Program-made: the position numbers and the translations under genes
Virus record (IMG/VR): IMGVR_UViG_3300010885_072825
Coordinates: 32,001-96,000 of that record
Length of the DNA: 64,000 bases
DNA from: a virus
Strand: one strand, 5' to 3'
Shown: piece by piece, positions 9,750-20,494 of the stretch
Layout: every line of letters begins with the position of its first letter
Numbering within the stretch: position 1 is the first letter of the stretch
The notes under the pieces: generated by a model
What the model was told of the DNA's origin: nothing
The model's input: only the letters and a program-made list of their open reading frames with translations
The model's database searches: none

Positions 9750-10653
9750 CGCTGATCGACTTATTCTCTTGTTGGAAACACAACAATTAGATGAAATTTC
9801 CATACCTATTCCTGCAGGTATTCAAAATCTCATTAACAAAGCAGTTGATGCTCGTGCACGCTACAATCGAGATGCGGCCGCTAGAGAACATGCCAAAACT
9901 GAAAAAGCTGAATTAAACCGAAGTGTTAGAATAGTGTTCAATAAAATCATAGGTGACATGGAAAAGCAGATTGGATCAGATCGAAAATCCATGACATTAC
10001 AAACCATGACTTATAATTTCCTTTATAGAAAATTGATTCAATGGTGTGGTTATGAAAACTTAAAAGCAAATGACAAAATTTTTGTGAAAGTGTTAAAAAA
10101 TCCCATTGCATCAAAACTTGCTGCAATTGACCATTTCACACCCATATCACTTGCTATATTAAAATCAAACAATGTGATATCACAAGATCCACAATTTCGA
10201 AAATTTCGAAAGAATCCTAGACAAATTGACGCAGCTATAGCTGACTTGATTGAAGCGCTGATCACACTTACATTGGTTGAATTGGATGGAATGGAACATG
10301 GTGAAGACCTGCCTATTACAGACACTGTTGTTTTAAATAATACCAGTTACGCAAAAGAATCTGATGGATCCTGGTATGATGAAGCAACTGGTAAATCGGT
10401 GGTTGATAAAAGATTACTTGCAATCTTAAATAAAGCACATGGATTAAAAAATACTAATTTTGCAACGCATACAGTTAATTACGAAGGGGTCAATTATACT
10501 AAAGATCCAAAAACAGGTGTCTGGACAAGCGCGCCACAAAATATACCTGTTGAAAAATCACAATCACAACTAATTGACTTATTGAATGATTTACTTGCCC
10601 ATAAAACAGGAACGGAAGCAACCAGATCCGTAAACGACAATTTACCGAGATAA
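9742..10653 (+). CDS. hypothetical protein with two C-terminal short beta repeats
   Basis: LLLE/QLDE near N-terminus; TVVLNNTSYAKESDGSW and TVNYEGVNYTKDPKTGVW repeats. Confidence 0.6.
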   Translation: MTDADRLILLLETQQLDEISIPIPAGIQNLINKAVDARARYNRDAAAREHAKTEKAELNRSVRIVFNKIIGDMEKQIGSDRKSMTLQTMTYNFLYRKLIQWCGYENLKANDKIFVKVLKNPIASKLAAIDHFTPISLAILKSNNVISQDPQFRKFRKNPRQIDAAIADLIEALITLTLVELDGMEHGEDLPITDTVVLNNTSYAKESDGSWYDEATGKSVVDKRLLAILNKAHGLKNTNFATHTVNYEGVNYTKDPKTGVWTSAPQNIPVEKSQSQLIDLLNDLLAHKTGTEATRSVNDNLPR

Positions 10654-10659
10654 CGACGT

Positions 10660-10688
10660 TTGACAAGCGGTCATCTACCAGCTATTGT
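10660..10688 (+). promoter_or_regulatory. sigma70-type promoter TTGACA-N17-TATTGT
   Basis: Upstream of AGGAG RBS and the 10708 start. Confidence 0.6.
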
Positions 10689-10707
10689 ATATTCAGGAGT
10701 GATTTAG

Positions 10708-11829
10708 ATGAGATTTGACCAATTAGTTTTGAAAACAGCACGAGTTCGCATTTCACATCCTGAGGATTTGATTTTTGATGCTGGTCTATCAGGCGCTGCT
10801 GCTGCTCTAAATATTCTGGAAACAACTGCTAAAACCCCCAATCAAATTTCCATTAAATTTGATGGATCCCCAGCGTTGATTTTCGGACGTGATGAACGTG
10901 GATTTTCTGCAATTGATAAGATTGAATTCAACAAGTTGCAATATGAATTGCCTAGATCAGGATCTGAATTAGCTGAAAGATTATTCAAACGTGTTCCAGA
11001 CCAACCTGGCCGCGCTGACTATGCTGCTGCTATTGGTGAAGTCTGGAGATATCTAGAACGCTTGATTCCTGAATCATTCCAGGGTTTTCTACAAGGAGAC
11101 CTTATGTGGGCAGGTGATGTTCCTGTGATAAACGGCAATTTTCAATTCAGTCCAAATAAAATTGTCTATAAGGTACCAGTTGGTTCCACATTGGGACAAC
11201 AGATTGCCAAAAGTCAAGTTGGGATCGCAATCCACAGCTATTATGAAAACCGTCAACAACACCAATCAACTGCGGTTGACGTTAATGAACTCAAGCTTAA
11301 TTCTGTGCCTGGGTTAGTAATCTTAGATCCAACAATCACAATCAATCAGCCACTCAATTGGCCAGTTGAATTGGGAAATCAGTTGCGAAATCTATTGACT
11401 ATCCATCAAGACCAGTTAACTGAATTTTTTGATCCAGTTGAATTGAAGAAGCATCAAATAAGTGACATGGCAAGCTATATGAAACGCTATGTTAATTTAC
11501 TGGCTAGAAATGGCAAACCAGCATTATATGCACACATTCAAAATTTTGAAAGCTGGATCATTTCAGACAATCTAAAAATCACTCGTAGAAAAGCAGCCAA
11601 CCTATATGCTTACTTTGCACAACATAAATCTACGGTAGCTGAAATTTGGCAAATCGTAGATCTAACTGTTCGAATCAAATATAATTTAAAAGCCCAGCTT
11701 GATAGAATTACAGATTCTCATATACATGCAGAACTACATGGCAAACCAGAACAAGAAGGGTTTGTTTCAGATACGAAATATGGAAAAATTAAGTTGGTTG
11801 ACCGATCTCAATTTATGCGAGAAGTCTAA
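10708..11829 (+). CDS. ligase-fold nucleotidyltransferase-like phage protein
   Basis: KFDG (motif I), QGDL, EGFV (motif IV), IKLVDR (motif V). Confidence 0.55.
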   Translation: MRFDQLVLKTARVRISHPEDLIFDAGLSGAAAALNILETTAKTPNQISIKFDGSPALIFGRDERGFSAIDKIEFNKLQYELPRSGSELAERLFKRVPDQPGRADYAAAIGEVWRYLERLIPESFQGFLQGDLMWAGDVPVINGNFQFSPNKIVYKVPVGSTLGQQIAKSQVGIAIHSYYENRQQHQSTAVDVNELKLNSVPGLVILDPTITINQPLNWPVELGNQLRNLLTIHQDQLTEFFDPVELKKHQISDMASYMKRYVNLLARNGKPALYAHIQNFESWIISDNLKITRRKAANLYAYFAQHKSTVAEIWQIVDLTVRIKYNLKAQLDRITDSHIHAELHGKPEQEGFVSDTKYGKIKLVDRSQFMREV

Positions 11830-12200
11830 ACCTCATCAGACTTCACCAATGTTATGGTCCGTCGCTTAAGTCTTTTATTGGAAATTTCTGTTAGATTTAT
11901 CATGGGTCCTCCCATTATGGCACATTCTTTTCTAGCAAATACTCGCAAATAGGGTTTGAATTGCTGAAAACGATGTTTCAAAAATAAATTGATGGGTATG
12001 GATCGGTTGGATTCATACCACCAATCTTCCCCACATGATAGAAACTCCAGTTTTTGTTCTTCTGAATAATTGGGAGTAAGAACATACATGCTGATAAAAC
12101 TGTTGTCGGCATTTTGAATTATACCCACATAGACATTTTTCAAATATGAGATCATCGTGAGGAATGGAAATTTTTCTAAAAATTCAGAAGTTTCGGTCAT
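11826..12200 (-). CDS. hypothetical protein
   Basis: FPFLT...YVGIIQN...WWYESNRSIPINLFL; late promoter upstream. Confidence 0.65.
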   Translation of the reverse strand: MTETSEFLEKFPFLTMISYLKNVYVGIIQNADNSFISMYVLTPNYSEEQKLEFLSCGEDWWYESNRSIPINLFLKHRFQQFKPYLRVFARKECAIMGGPMINLTEISNKRLKRRTITLVKSDEV

Positions 12201-12227
12201 TGAAATCTTTATATAAAGTGAACTGTG

Positions 12228-12246
12228 TATTTATGCAGCATAAATA
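12228..12246. promoter_or_regulatory. palindromic back-to-back late promoters TATTTATGC-A-GCATAAATA
   Basis: Perfect 9-bp inverted repeat between divergent genes. Confidence 0.7.
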
Positions 12247-12267
12247 ATGGCAAAAGAAAGTTTTTGA

Positions 12268-13083
12268 ATGTCCACAGTTTTTTTATTTCAAACCAGTGAT
12301 TTGATTCAATTGACTTGGGAAATAGACACAGTTAGGAACATAAATCTGCCAATGATACAGTACAACACAAAAATATATAAAGGTGTAACGAACAGTTTGG
12401 ATTTCCAAGTCAAAAATAATGATCGCAAAGCTATTAACTTGGCTGGATTGACATTAACTGTTAGAATCAATAACGTAGAAACCAGCGACGTTCTTTTAAC
12501 AAAAGCAGCCCAACTAACTGATGAACCCAATGGTCGAGCTCAACTCATATTAACTCCCACTGAAATTTCAGAATGGCCAGCGGGTTTCTACACCTACAAT
12601 GTGGAAACAACTGATACTAGCGGTATCAGTAGATTCTTATGTGTTGATTTAAATCGATCAATAACTGGAAATTTTGAATTAATTGATACTATTGGAAACA
12701 TCTTGGTTCCAGCAACCACTATAAAGGGTTCTCAATTTACACCACAGCCAATTGGCAGCTATAGTTCAATTTGGACAAGTACTGCTTTTCCTGGCAATGC
12801 ACAATTGGGGTTGCTAAATGGAATGCATACTTGTGTGGTTTATCAAACCAATTGGACTGGAAAATTTTGGATTCAAACCAGTTTAAACAATGATCCCCCT
12901 CGTGATTATGAATGGAGCAATTCTACGATAGGCACCGGCGGTGAAGACTATTATCTGTTTACAAATTCAACACCAGCAATTTGTTATTTCAATATTGTGA
13001 TATCATGCAATTGGATACGTTTCCGATTCCTACCTGACAGTTTAAACCAGGGAACATTTGACCAAGTCAGCTATAAATGTTGA
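12268..13083 (+). CDS. putative virion structural protein (Ig-like N-domain plus beta C-domain)
   Basis: YKGVTNSLDFQVKNNDRKAINLAG pattern typical of BppU-N-like domains; late promoter. Confidence 0.55.
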   Translation: MSTVFLFQTSDLIQLTWEIDTVRNINLPMIQYNTKIYKGVTNSLDFQVKNNDRKAINLAGLTLTVRINNVETSDVLLTKAAQLTDEPNGRAQLILTPTEISEWPAGFYTYNVETTDTSGISRFLCVDLNRSITGNFELIDTIGNILVPATTIKGSQFTPQPIGSYSSIWTSTAFPGNAQLGLLNGMHTCVVYQTNWTGKFWIQTSLNNDPPRDYEWSNSTIGTGGEDYYLFTNSTPAICYFNIVISCNWIRFRFLPDSLNQGTFDQVSYKC

Positions 13084-13114
13084 TTGATTAGATCAACATC
13101 CAGTATCATTTGGC

Positions 13115-14134
13115 ATGGAATGCTTGACTCAAAATTTAATACTTCGATATTTGCCACCACATCGACAAAACAGTCGAGGTTGGAGAATATTTAATGCAGT
13201 TTGTTGTCATCACCGTGGACACAATCCTGACGGCCGAAACCGAGGCAATTTACTTTGTGAAGGTAACCTAACAACCTACAACTGTTACAATTGCAATTTC
13301 AGTATTGTATGTGATGAAATTAATCTAACCATGAAGGCACAATCATTGCTGCAATGGTTGGGTATACCTGAAGATGAAATCGCACTTCTAAAACTACAAC
13401 TTTATAAAAATAGAATAGAAGGCGTTGAACGAGTCAAACCCAAAATCGCAGAACCCGCTATTTCATATGCTGAACAAACCGTACCTGAAGATGCTAAATT
13501 GATAAGTTACTGGTTGAACCAGTCTGTTATTCCAGACGATTTGTTGGTAGTATTGGATAACATGTTGAGTGCTCGTGGATCAAGTGTGACCACAGCATAT
13601 GATTATTATTGGACACCGTCTACAAAATGGAACCTGAACCAACGCGTTATAATACCATTTTTCCATCAACAAAAAATCGTTGGTTGGACTGCTCGTTGGT
13701 GTTGGGGACCAGTTCCAGCAGGAGTTCCACGTTATAGAAATAGTGATATTCCTCCAAATTATATTTTCAATTTGGATACCATGGCAAAAAATCGAAAATT
13801 TTGTCTAATACATGAAGGTCCTTTTGATGCAATTGCAACAGAAGGCGTAGCTGTATTAGGAAGCAAATTAAGTTCAGAACAAATATTTGAATTGGAAAAA
13901 GCTGATGCTGAAAAAATTGTAGTACCTGATCGACAACAGAAAAATCAAAACTTAATTGATCAAGCACTGGCATTAGATTGGGCGGTTAGTTTTCCTGATT
14001 GGGAAAACGACGTAAAAGATGCTAGTGATGCAGCCAAAAAATATGGCAGATTATATACACTTAGAAGCATAATATCCAGTAAAACTAATAACAAACTGGA
14101 AATTGGCATCAAAAGGCAAATGTTCACTCAATAA
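13115..14134 (+). CDS. DNA primase (T4 gp61-like)
   Basis: N-terminal Cys/His Zn motif (CC-H..CYNC), RVIIPF, TOPRIM EGPFD, VPDR, KDASD; adjacent to helicase. Confidence 0.85.
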   Translation: MECLTQNLILRYLPPHRQNSRGWRIFNAVCCHHRGHNPDGRNRGNLLCEGNLTTYNCYNCNFSIVCDEINLTMKAQSLLQWLGIPEDEIALLKLQLYKNRIEGVERVKPKIAEPAISYAEQTVPEDAKLISYWLNQSVIPDDLLVVLDNMLSARGSSVTTAYDYYWTPSTKWNLNQRVIIPFFHQQKIVGWTARWCWGPVPAGVPRYRNSDIPPNYIFNLDTMAKNRKFCLIHEGPFDAIATEGVAVLGSKLSSEQIFELEKADAEKIVVPDRQQKNQNLIDQALALDWAVSFPDWENDVKDASDAAKKYGRLYTLRSIISSKTNNKLEIGIKRQMFTQ

Positions 14135-15540
14135 TGGCAAAGCAAATCGAAACAAGTGTCTCAGAATTTTCTGAAGACAAGCAAAAGTTACTTATTGATG
14201 TGCTTCTTAGCAGTGAAGATATCTATGCTAGGTGTCAGAATATTTTGAGTGACAAGTATTTTGTCAACAAGTTTCGTCCAGCAATTAGGTATATTAAAAA
14301 ATACACAAATGAGTATCGAGTCCTTCCCAAAATACAGCAAGTAAATGCTGAAACCGGCTTGAATTTTGAATTAATCGAAAACATTACCCTACAACACCAA
14401 GATTCGTTCTTAGATGAAATTGAAGAATTTTGCAAAAACCGAGCTATTGCAGATGCAGTATTAACTAGTGCTGGCCTGATTGAAAAAGGGAACTATGGTG
14501 AAGTTGAACGCTTGGTGCGAGAAGCAATCCTGGTAAGCATTAAAAGTGATTTGGGAACTAACTATTTTGAAAACCCCAAAGAAAGGCTTAATGCAATCAA
14601 AAACCGAAATGGGCAAGTATCAACTGGATTAAAATCAATTGATGAAAAATTATATGGTTTGAATCGAGGAGAAATAACTATATTTGCTGGTGCTTCTGGT
14701 ATGGGCAAATCAGTATTTCTACAAAACTTTGCAATCAATATGTTTCAACAGGGTATGAATGTGGTTTATATCAGCCTTGAGTTGAGTGAAGGCCTGACTG
14801 CAATGCGTATTGACAGCATGTTGACTGGATATTCATTAAAAGAAGTTTTTAAGAAGATTGATGATATTGAATTGAAAGTTATACAAGTAGGTCGGAAAAG
14901 TGGCAGTTTGCACATCAAGCAAATGACACAGGGCACCAGAACAAATGATATCAAAGCCTATTTGAAGAATTATGAAATACAAACCCAACAACGTCCAGAT
15001 GTTCTCATAGTAGACTATTTGGATTTGCTATTCCCCAATGATAAAAAAATTGATGTTAGTAATTTGAATATTAAGGACAAATTCGTCACCGAAGAGCTTC
15101 GTGGACTTGGGGTTGAACGCAATATGGTACTGGTGTCCGCTTCACAATTAAACCGGAGCGCGGTTAATGAGCAAGAACATGATCATTCAATGATTGCAGG
15201 CGGTATTAGTAAAATTCAAGCAGCAGACAACGTTATGAGCATCTATGCTAGTGACGCAATGAAAGAACGTGGCCAATACCTAATACAATTTTTAAAAACT
15301 AGAAGTAGCGGTGGTGTTGGTAGCAAAGTATATGTGGGGTTTGATCCCAATACTCTTAGAATCTTTGATATTGATCCAGCTGAATCACAAGCTATTCGAG
15401 AAGGCCCACAATCCACAGCAGACATGTTCAATAGTCTCCGGCGCCAAAATAATAGAATAGCTGATAAAACCGAAGAAGCAACTCCGGTTGAAACCAAGGT
15501 TCGAGACTTGAGTCAAATAAAAAACTTAATCCGGAGATAG
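14134..15540 (+). CDS. replicative DnaB-like helicase (T4 gp41-like)
   Basis: GASGMGKS Walker A, ISLELSE, IVDYLDL, ASQLNR, KTR motifs. Confidence 0.92.
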   Translation: MAKQIETSVSEFSEDKQKLLIDVLLSSEDIYARCQNILSDKYFVNKFRPAIRYIKKYTNEYRVLPKIQQVNAETGLNFELIENITLQHQDSFLDEIEEFCKNRAIADAVLTSAGLIEKGNYGEVERLVREAILVSIKSDLGTNYFENPKERLNAIKNRNGQVSTGLKSIDEKLYGLNRGEITIFAGASGMGKSVFLQNFAINMFQQGMNVVYISLELSEGLTAMRIDSMLTGYSLKEVFKKIDDIELKVIQVGRKSGSLHIKQMTQGTRTNDIKAYLKNYEIQTQQRPDVLIVDYLDLLFPNDKKIDVSNLNIKDKFVTEELRGLGVERNMVLVSASQLNRSAVNEQEHDHSMIAGGISKIQAADNVMSIYASDAMKERGQYLIQFLKTRSSGGVGSKVYVGFDPNTLRIFDIDPAESQAIREGPQSTADMFNSLRRQNNRIADKTEEATPVETKVRDLSQIKNLIRR

Positions 15541-15545
15541 TCATT

Positions 15546-15570
15546 AAAAAAGCTGCCTAAGCAGCTTTTT
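15546..15570. terminator. bidirectional terminator between convergent genes
   Basis: AAAAAAGCTGC-CTAA-GCAGCTTTTT. Confidence 0.85.
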
Positions 15571-15572
15571 CT

Positions 15573-15902
15573 TTATAGTGCAGGTTTAGTTTTTCGTCCC
15601 CGTTTTTTACCAACATTTTTAATTGATCCATCTGCATTCAATTCATATGTATCAATAAATCTATCAGGGCTCATGCCATCAATTTGAATAACTGAATTCC
15701 AATTAATATCTATAATCGCATCAGTTTTTAAATTTCGGCTTTTGAACCAATAATTATTGGCTTTGATTTGTATGGATTGAATATGAAAGTCGTCTGTTTT
15801 AGTAAATGGTCCAGTTTCAGTGTTGACCATATATTTTGCTGTAATTATAGTGTCTGTTTTAAATGCATTTTTTACTAATAGTGATTCTACTACATGAGCC
15901 AT
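15573..15902 (-). CDS. hypothetical protein
   Basis: IDGMSPDRF..Y and basic GKKRGRK tail. Confidence 0.6.
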   Translation of the reverse strand: MAHVVESLLVKNAFKTDTIITAKYMVNTETGPFTKTDDFHIQSIQIKANNYWFKSRNLKTDAIIDINWNSVIQIDGMSPDRFIDTYELNADGSIKNVGKKRGRKTKPAL

Positions 15903-15905
15903 TGA

Positions 15906-18122
15906 TTATTTTCCTTCTTGAAACTCAAACTCTAACTTTTTATTCTGTTCAGTGATAGTAACTCGCCCTCCTGTTTTTAGCCGACCCCAAAGAATTTCCT
16001 TGGCCAGTGGCGTCTTAATATAAGTTTGTATGACTTTTGGCATGGGGCGTGCTCCCATCCGTGGATCAAACCCACGTTCAATTAGCCAGGCTCTAGCTGA
16101 CGCATCAACTGTGACATCAACTGATTTTCCTTGACTTAACTGATTCAATTGACCAATGAATTTATCAAGTATATGATCCATAGTTATTTTTGTCAATGGC
16201 TTAAATTCAACTTGCGCATCAAGTCGATTTCTAAATTCAGGTGTAAAGAATCGGTTGACTGCATCCGAACTCTTGTCTGAATTGTCTGATTCACCAAATC
16301 CAATTCTCATTTTTGCAACTTCTTGTGCTCCAAGATTGGTGGTATAAATCACATAACAATTTCTAAGAGAAACAGTTTCACCATCTGAGCTGGTAATGAC
16401 ACCATAATCCATGGCTTGTAGGAAAATGTTGCTGATGTCCGGATGTGCTTTTTCAATTTCATCAATTAACAAAACTGCATAGGGATACTTTTGTAGCTTG
16501 TTGATCAACATGCCAGATCCTGCTGCACCATCTGAATATCCCACATAACCGGGTGGGCTCCCAATCAATTTAGAAACTGTATGCTTTTCTTGATATTCAC
16601 TCATATCAAAACGAATTAATTCAATTGACAATTGATTGGCAAGTTCTTGGGCAAGCGCTGTCTTACCAGTTCCTGTGGGACCAGTAAACAAAAAAGAACC
16701 CAGTGTTTTTTCCGTTTCTCTGAGACCACTACTAGATATCAATACTGAATCAACTAGTTGATCTACTGCCATGTCTTGTCCAAAAATTTTGGATTTTATT
16801 TTATCATTTAATGTTTTCAGTTGTTCAGTGGGATCGGCTGTTTTTGTAATTTTTATTTTTGCAACTCGTTCGATTTCTTCCTCAATTAAAGTTCGATCAA
16901 TTTGTCGAACACGTTGATTTTTAGGCAACAGTTTTTGTTTTGCACCAACTGAATCTATTAAATCAATAGCTTTATCTGGTAAGAAACGATCAATGATGTA
17001 TCGACTACTTAGTTCAACTGCTGCGACCAATGCATCAGGAGTGTATTTTACTGAATGGAATTTTTCATAGTGTTTTGAAATTCCCATCAAAATAGCAATA
17101 GCATCAGTTTGACTGGGTTCCAGCACGTCTATTTTTTGAAAACGGCGCACCAATGCACGATCTTTTGCAAAATGTCTCTTGTATTCTTCTTGTGTGGTAC
17201 TACCAATTGTTTTAATTTCACCACGTCCCAAAGCTGGCTTCAAAATATTTGCAGCATCCATTGCTCCACCAGACGTACCAACCGCACCAGCTCCCATGAT
17301 CATATGAATTTCATCAATAAACAAAATTAATTTGGGATCAGCTGCAAAAATACCAATAAGCTGTTTTAGTCGTTCTTCAAAATCACCACGAAATTTGGTT
17401 CCAGCCAACATACTAGATAAATCCAAACTGTAGATAGTGTGATTTTTCAAGCAATCTGGCACTTGATCTCGCACGATCTTGGCTGCAAGTCCTTCAACTA
17501 TCACGGTTTTACCAACGCCTGGATCCCCGGCCATAATCACATTGTTTTTATTTTTTCGAGTCAGGACCTGGCAAATAGCAGAGATTTCAGTTTCTCGACC
17601 AATAACAGTGTCGATTTTATTAGCTTTTGCTTGTTCATTTAAATTGATACACCATTGATTTAAAATATCACGCGGTGATTGCCGATTCCTTGCACTGCCA
17701 AGATTTGCCAAATAATTGAATAGCTGTTGTAGATCTGGTCCAAACTCTTCAATGAAATAAGAAGCATGACTTTCTTCAATACCATATAGTGCAATAAACA
17801 TGTCAATATCAGTTGGATCAGATTTGCCATTTATCATGGCCTGTGCTTTGGCTTTTTTCAAAACATTGGCAACGCTTGGTGTATGCCGTGGATTGTAGGG
17901 TTCTGCGGCTGACATAATTTCGTGATTATTGGTATTATCTAGATAATGCAGCGTGTATTCAATCAGTGAGTCAAAATCACCATCTGTCAGTTCAATCATT
18001 TTTTGAATTGCTTCACTTTCAAGTAGTGAAGCTAAGACGTGCTCCAAAGTCACCAGTTCATGATAGCGTTGACTGGCCAGTTGATAACTTCTGATCAGTA
18101 CTTCTTGTATGGTCTTATTCAT
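15906..18122 (-). CDS. clpA: ClpA-like ATP-dependent Clp protease ATP-binding subunit
   Basis: Clp-N domain, GDPGVGKT and GPTGTGKT Walker A motifs, [20 protein letters not shown] ClpP-docking loop, no ClpB M-domain. Confidence 0.92.
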   Translation of the reverse strand: MNKTIQEVLIRSYQLASQRYHELVTLEHVLASLLESEAIQKMIELTDGDFDSLIEYTLHYLDNTNNHEIMSAAEPYNPRHTPSVANVLKKAKAQAMINGKSDPTDIDMFIALYGIEESHASYFIEEFGPDLQQLFNYLANLGSARNRQSPRDILNQWCINLNEQAKANKIDTVIGRETEISAICQVLTRKNKNNVIMAGDPGVGKTVIVEGLAAKIVRDQVPDCLKNHTIYSLDLSSMLAGTKFRGDFEERLKQLIGIFAADPKLILFIDEIHMIMGAGAVGTSGGAMDAANILKPALGRGEIKTIGSTTQEEYKRHFAKDRALVRRFQKIDVLEPSQTDAIAILMGISKHYEKFHSVKYTPDALVAAVELSSRYIIDRFLPDKAIDLIDSVGAKQKLLPKNQRVRQIDRTLIEEEIERVAKIKITKTADPTEQLKTLNDKIKSKIFGQDMAVDQLVDSVLISSSGLRETEKTLGSFLFTGPTGTGKTALAQELANQLSIELIRFDMSEYQEKHTVSKLIGSPPGYVGYSDGAAGSGMLINKLQKYPYAVLLIDEIEKAHPDISNIFLQAMDYGVITSSDGETVSLRNCYVIYTTNLGAQEVAKMRIGFGESDNSDKSSDAVNRFFTPEFRNRLDAQVEFKPLTKITMDHILDKFIGQLNQLSQGKSVDVTVDASARAWLIERGFDPRMGARPMPKVIQTYIKTPLAKEILWGRLKTGGRVTITEQNKKLEFEFQEGK

Positions 18123-18616
18123 TAAAATTCCTTCTTCATCATTCGTTTGATGGCCATTTCAGCTTTGAGATTCGATACTCTATCTACCATACAAATCCCT
18201 TGTAAATGATCAAATTCATGCAGAAATATTCTACTCAACATTTCAGACAACTGAGATTGTCGTATTTCTCCTGTTCGATCTAGCCATTTGGCTTCAATCA
18301 GATGTGGACGGGTGATTTCCAATTCCATGTTGGGCAAGCTCAAACAGCCTTCTGCATAAACGCTGTATTCTTCACTCACACCAACAATTTCAGGATTAAT
18401 GAAAACGATGTAATTGGTATCATCAGGATCACCAGCTATAAAAAACGATTTGTTTATTCCCACCTGTGGTGCTGCTAGACCAACCCCACCAAACATTTGC
18501 ATTATTTGATGCATTTCATCAAACGTGGCTTGTAATTCAGCAATTTCAGTGTCTTCCACTGGCAATGTTGGTTGAGTTAGTATTGGGTCCCAGGGTTTGA
18601 CTAATTCCAGTGTCAT
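18122..18616 (-). CDS. def: peptide deformylase
   Basis: GVGLAAPQVG, EGCLS, HEFDHLQG motifs. Confidence 0.95.
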   Translation of the reverse strand: MTLELVKPWDPILTQPTLPVEDTEIAELQATFDEMHQIMQMFGGVGLAAPQVGINKSFFIAGDPDDTNYIVFINPEIVGVSEEYSVYAEGCLSLPNMELEITRPHLIEAKWLDRTGEIRQSQLSEMLSRIFLHEFDHLQGICMVDRVSNLKAEMAIKRMMKKEF

Positions 18617-19503
18617 GCATAGTTCCTGTTTATTGTCATTATTGATAGTAATTGTTTAGCAAGTTCTTGTTGTTCTTCAGTTAGATGTTTAACATTGGTA
18701 ATTTTAATGACCACTATCAAATCACCCATCAGTGTTTCATTGTGTCTGATGGGCATTCCTTTACCGCGTACCTTTAGATGATCATTTGCATTAATGCCAG
18801 CTGGGATCTTCAAATTAATAGTTGTTTTGTCCAAGCAGGCGAGTGTTACTTCATCTCCCACCAATGCTTGAATTGAATTAATGGTTATTTCTTTGAACAG
18901 GATTGATCGTTCGCGATGATACCCCTGCATATCACTAATGACAATTCTTACATATAGATCGCCCGGGGGTAAATTTGTGTGGGTCGTATCACCATGTCCC
19001 GCATATCTTATTTGTTCTCCGCTTTCAATACCAGATGGTACTCGTACTGTTAATTTTGTAGTTTGTCCCGAGGGCCTATCAAATGATATGTCCACAGATT
19101 TGCCTGTCAATGCATCTGACAAACTGATGTTTAATGTAAAGACCAGGTCTTGATTCTTGGGTGGAGGAGGTTTGAAACCAAAAAAGCTATCGAATTGATT
19201 TCCAAATGCACCACTTCCCATAAATTCTCGCAAAATATCTTCAGGGGTAACATGTGATTGGAATCCGCCGCCGAAATTGGAGAAGCCACCCCCTGCTCCA
19301 CCATACTTTAGCTGCTGGTCATACTGCGCTTTTTTCTGAGTATCTCCCAATATGTCATAGGCTTCTGCAACAGCTTTGAATTTGTCTTCAGTGTCTTTGT
19401 TGACATCCGGATGATATTTTTTTGCTAACTTTCGATAGCTGGATTTGATTTCTTCTGCGGTGGCTGTTTCAGAAAGCCCCAGTGTTTGATAGTGATTTGT
19501 CAT
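18613..19503 (-). CDS. DnaJ/CbpA-like co-chaperone (type II, no Zn finger)
   Basis: J-domain with HPD, G/F-rich linker, DnaJ C-terminal domains. Confidence 0.92.
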   Translation of the reverse strand: MTNHYQTLGLSETATAEEIKSSYRKLAKKYHPDVNKDTEDKFKAVAEAYDILGDTQKKAQYDQQLKYGGAGGGFSNFGGGFQSHVTPEDILREFMGSGAFGNQFDSFFGFKPPPPKNQDLVFTLNISLSDALTGKSVDISFDRPSGQTTKLTVRVPSGIESGEQIRYAGHGDTTHTNLPPGDLYVRIVISDMQGYHRERSILFKEITINSIQALVGDEVTLACLDKTTINLKIPAGINANDHLKVRGKGMPIRHNETLMGDLIVVIKITNVKHLTEEQQELAKQLLSIMTINRNYA

Positions 19504-19534
19504 GTTTTAAATATTGTGAAACTAGTTCAAAAAG

Positions 19535-20413
19535 TCAAGATCTTTTATATTCATAGCCATATTCTTCACGCATGAAATCAATTACCTTGGGTGTAGGATT
19601 TGCTATTTCATTTATCAAACTTGCATCTTCTGAAACTGCATAAAGTTGAACATCTTCAATGGGATTAGTCATGTGCCTAATTGAATAAGCATTTTGTTTG
19701 ATAGCCGCCCACTGAAGCATCGGTAATTGATTTTCTACAAAACGAATCGAATTGCCATTTAATTGTACTGCTGCCAATTGAACTCGTAAGCTTGGATTTA
19801 CAATGTATTCCAATTCATAGGGATCTTCAGTCAATGCAGCAATGACTACCTTTTCACTAGGATTTTCCAACTGCCGTATTCTAGTACTCCAAGAACCACC
19901 GTCTAGAATCCATTCAATTTGCTGTTCTTCACTCCATGTATTTGGATCCCCTGCAACATATGATTCAGTTATTTGATTTTCAAGTTTTTTCAAATATTCC
20001 CGCCTATCCTGATCCAAAAAACTTTTATATTTTTTCAACAACGTAATATCAATACTATCAATTGGCCCAACCAAATTGATTAATATTGGCATTTTTTCAA
20101 AAGCAACTGTTTGAATCATAGGAGCTGGGGCGTATATTTGACAAATTGCTACTGCATTGGCTTGTACTGCGACTAGCTGTACTTTCAAATTTGGTGACTT
20201 GATATATTTCAATGCTTGGTAATCGCTTTTCACAGCAATCAATTGCGCTTCTATTGCAGGATCATCAATATATTGAATAGAGGTGGGCATTGATTCAACA
20301 GCGGCGATTTGAACTTTTAAGCTTGGTCGAGTGATAAATCTAATTACACTACCATCATATGATGAAATACGCTCTAGTTGTTCTAGCTCACTTAAATAAT
20401 CCAAAGCTCTCAT
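19535..20413 (-). CDS. helical-repeat protein (DUF4116-like, two modules)
   Basis: About 22-aa repeats PS..VQLAAV.....I.YI.N; ATG at 20413 lies 4 nt from TATAAATA (20418-20425). Confidence 0.7.
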   Translation of the reverse strand: MRALDYLSELEQLERISSYDGSVIRFITRPSLKVQIAAVESMPTSIQYIDDPAIEAQLIAVKSDYQALKYIKSPNLKVQLVAVQANAVAICQIYAPAPMIQTVAFEKMPILINLVGPIDSIDITLLKKYKSFLDQDRREYLKKLENQITESYVAGDPNTWSEEQQIEWILDGGSWSTRIRQLENPSEKVVIAALTEDPYELEYIVNPSLRVQLAAVQLNGNSIRFVENQLPMLQWAAIKQNAYSIRHMTNPIEDVQLYAVSEDASLINEIANPTPKVIDFMREEYGYEYKRS

Positions 20414-20494
20414 CAACTATTTATAGAATTCAATATTGAAAAACAAACTTCAAATAAAACAAACTATATTGACAACAATTGGAGACACTTTTTA

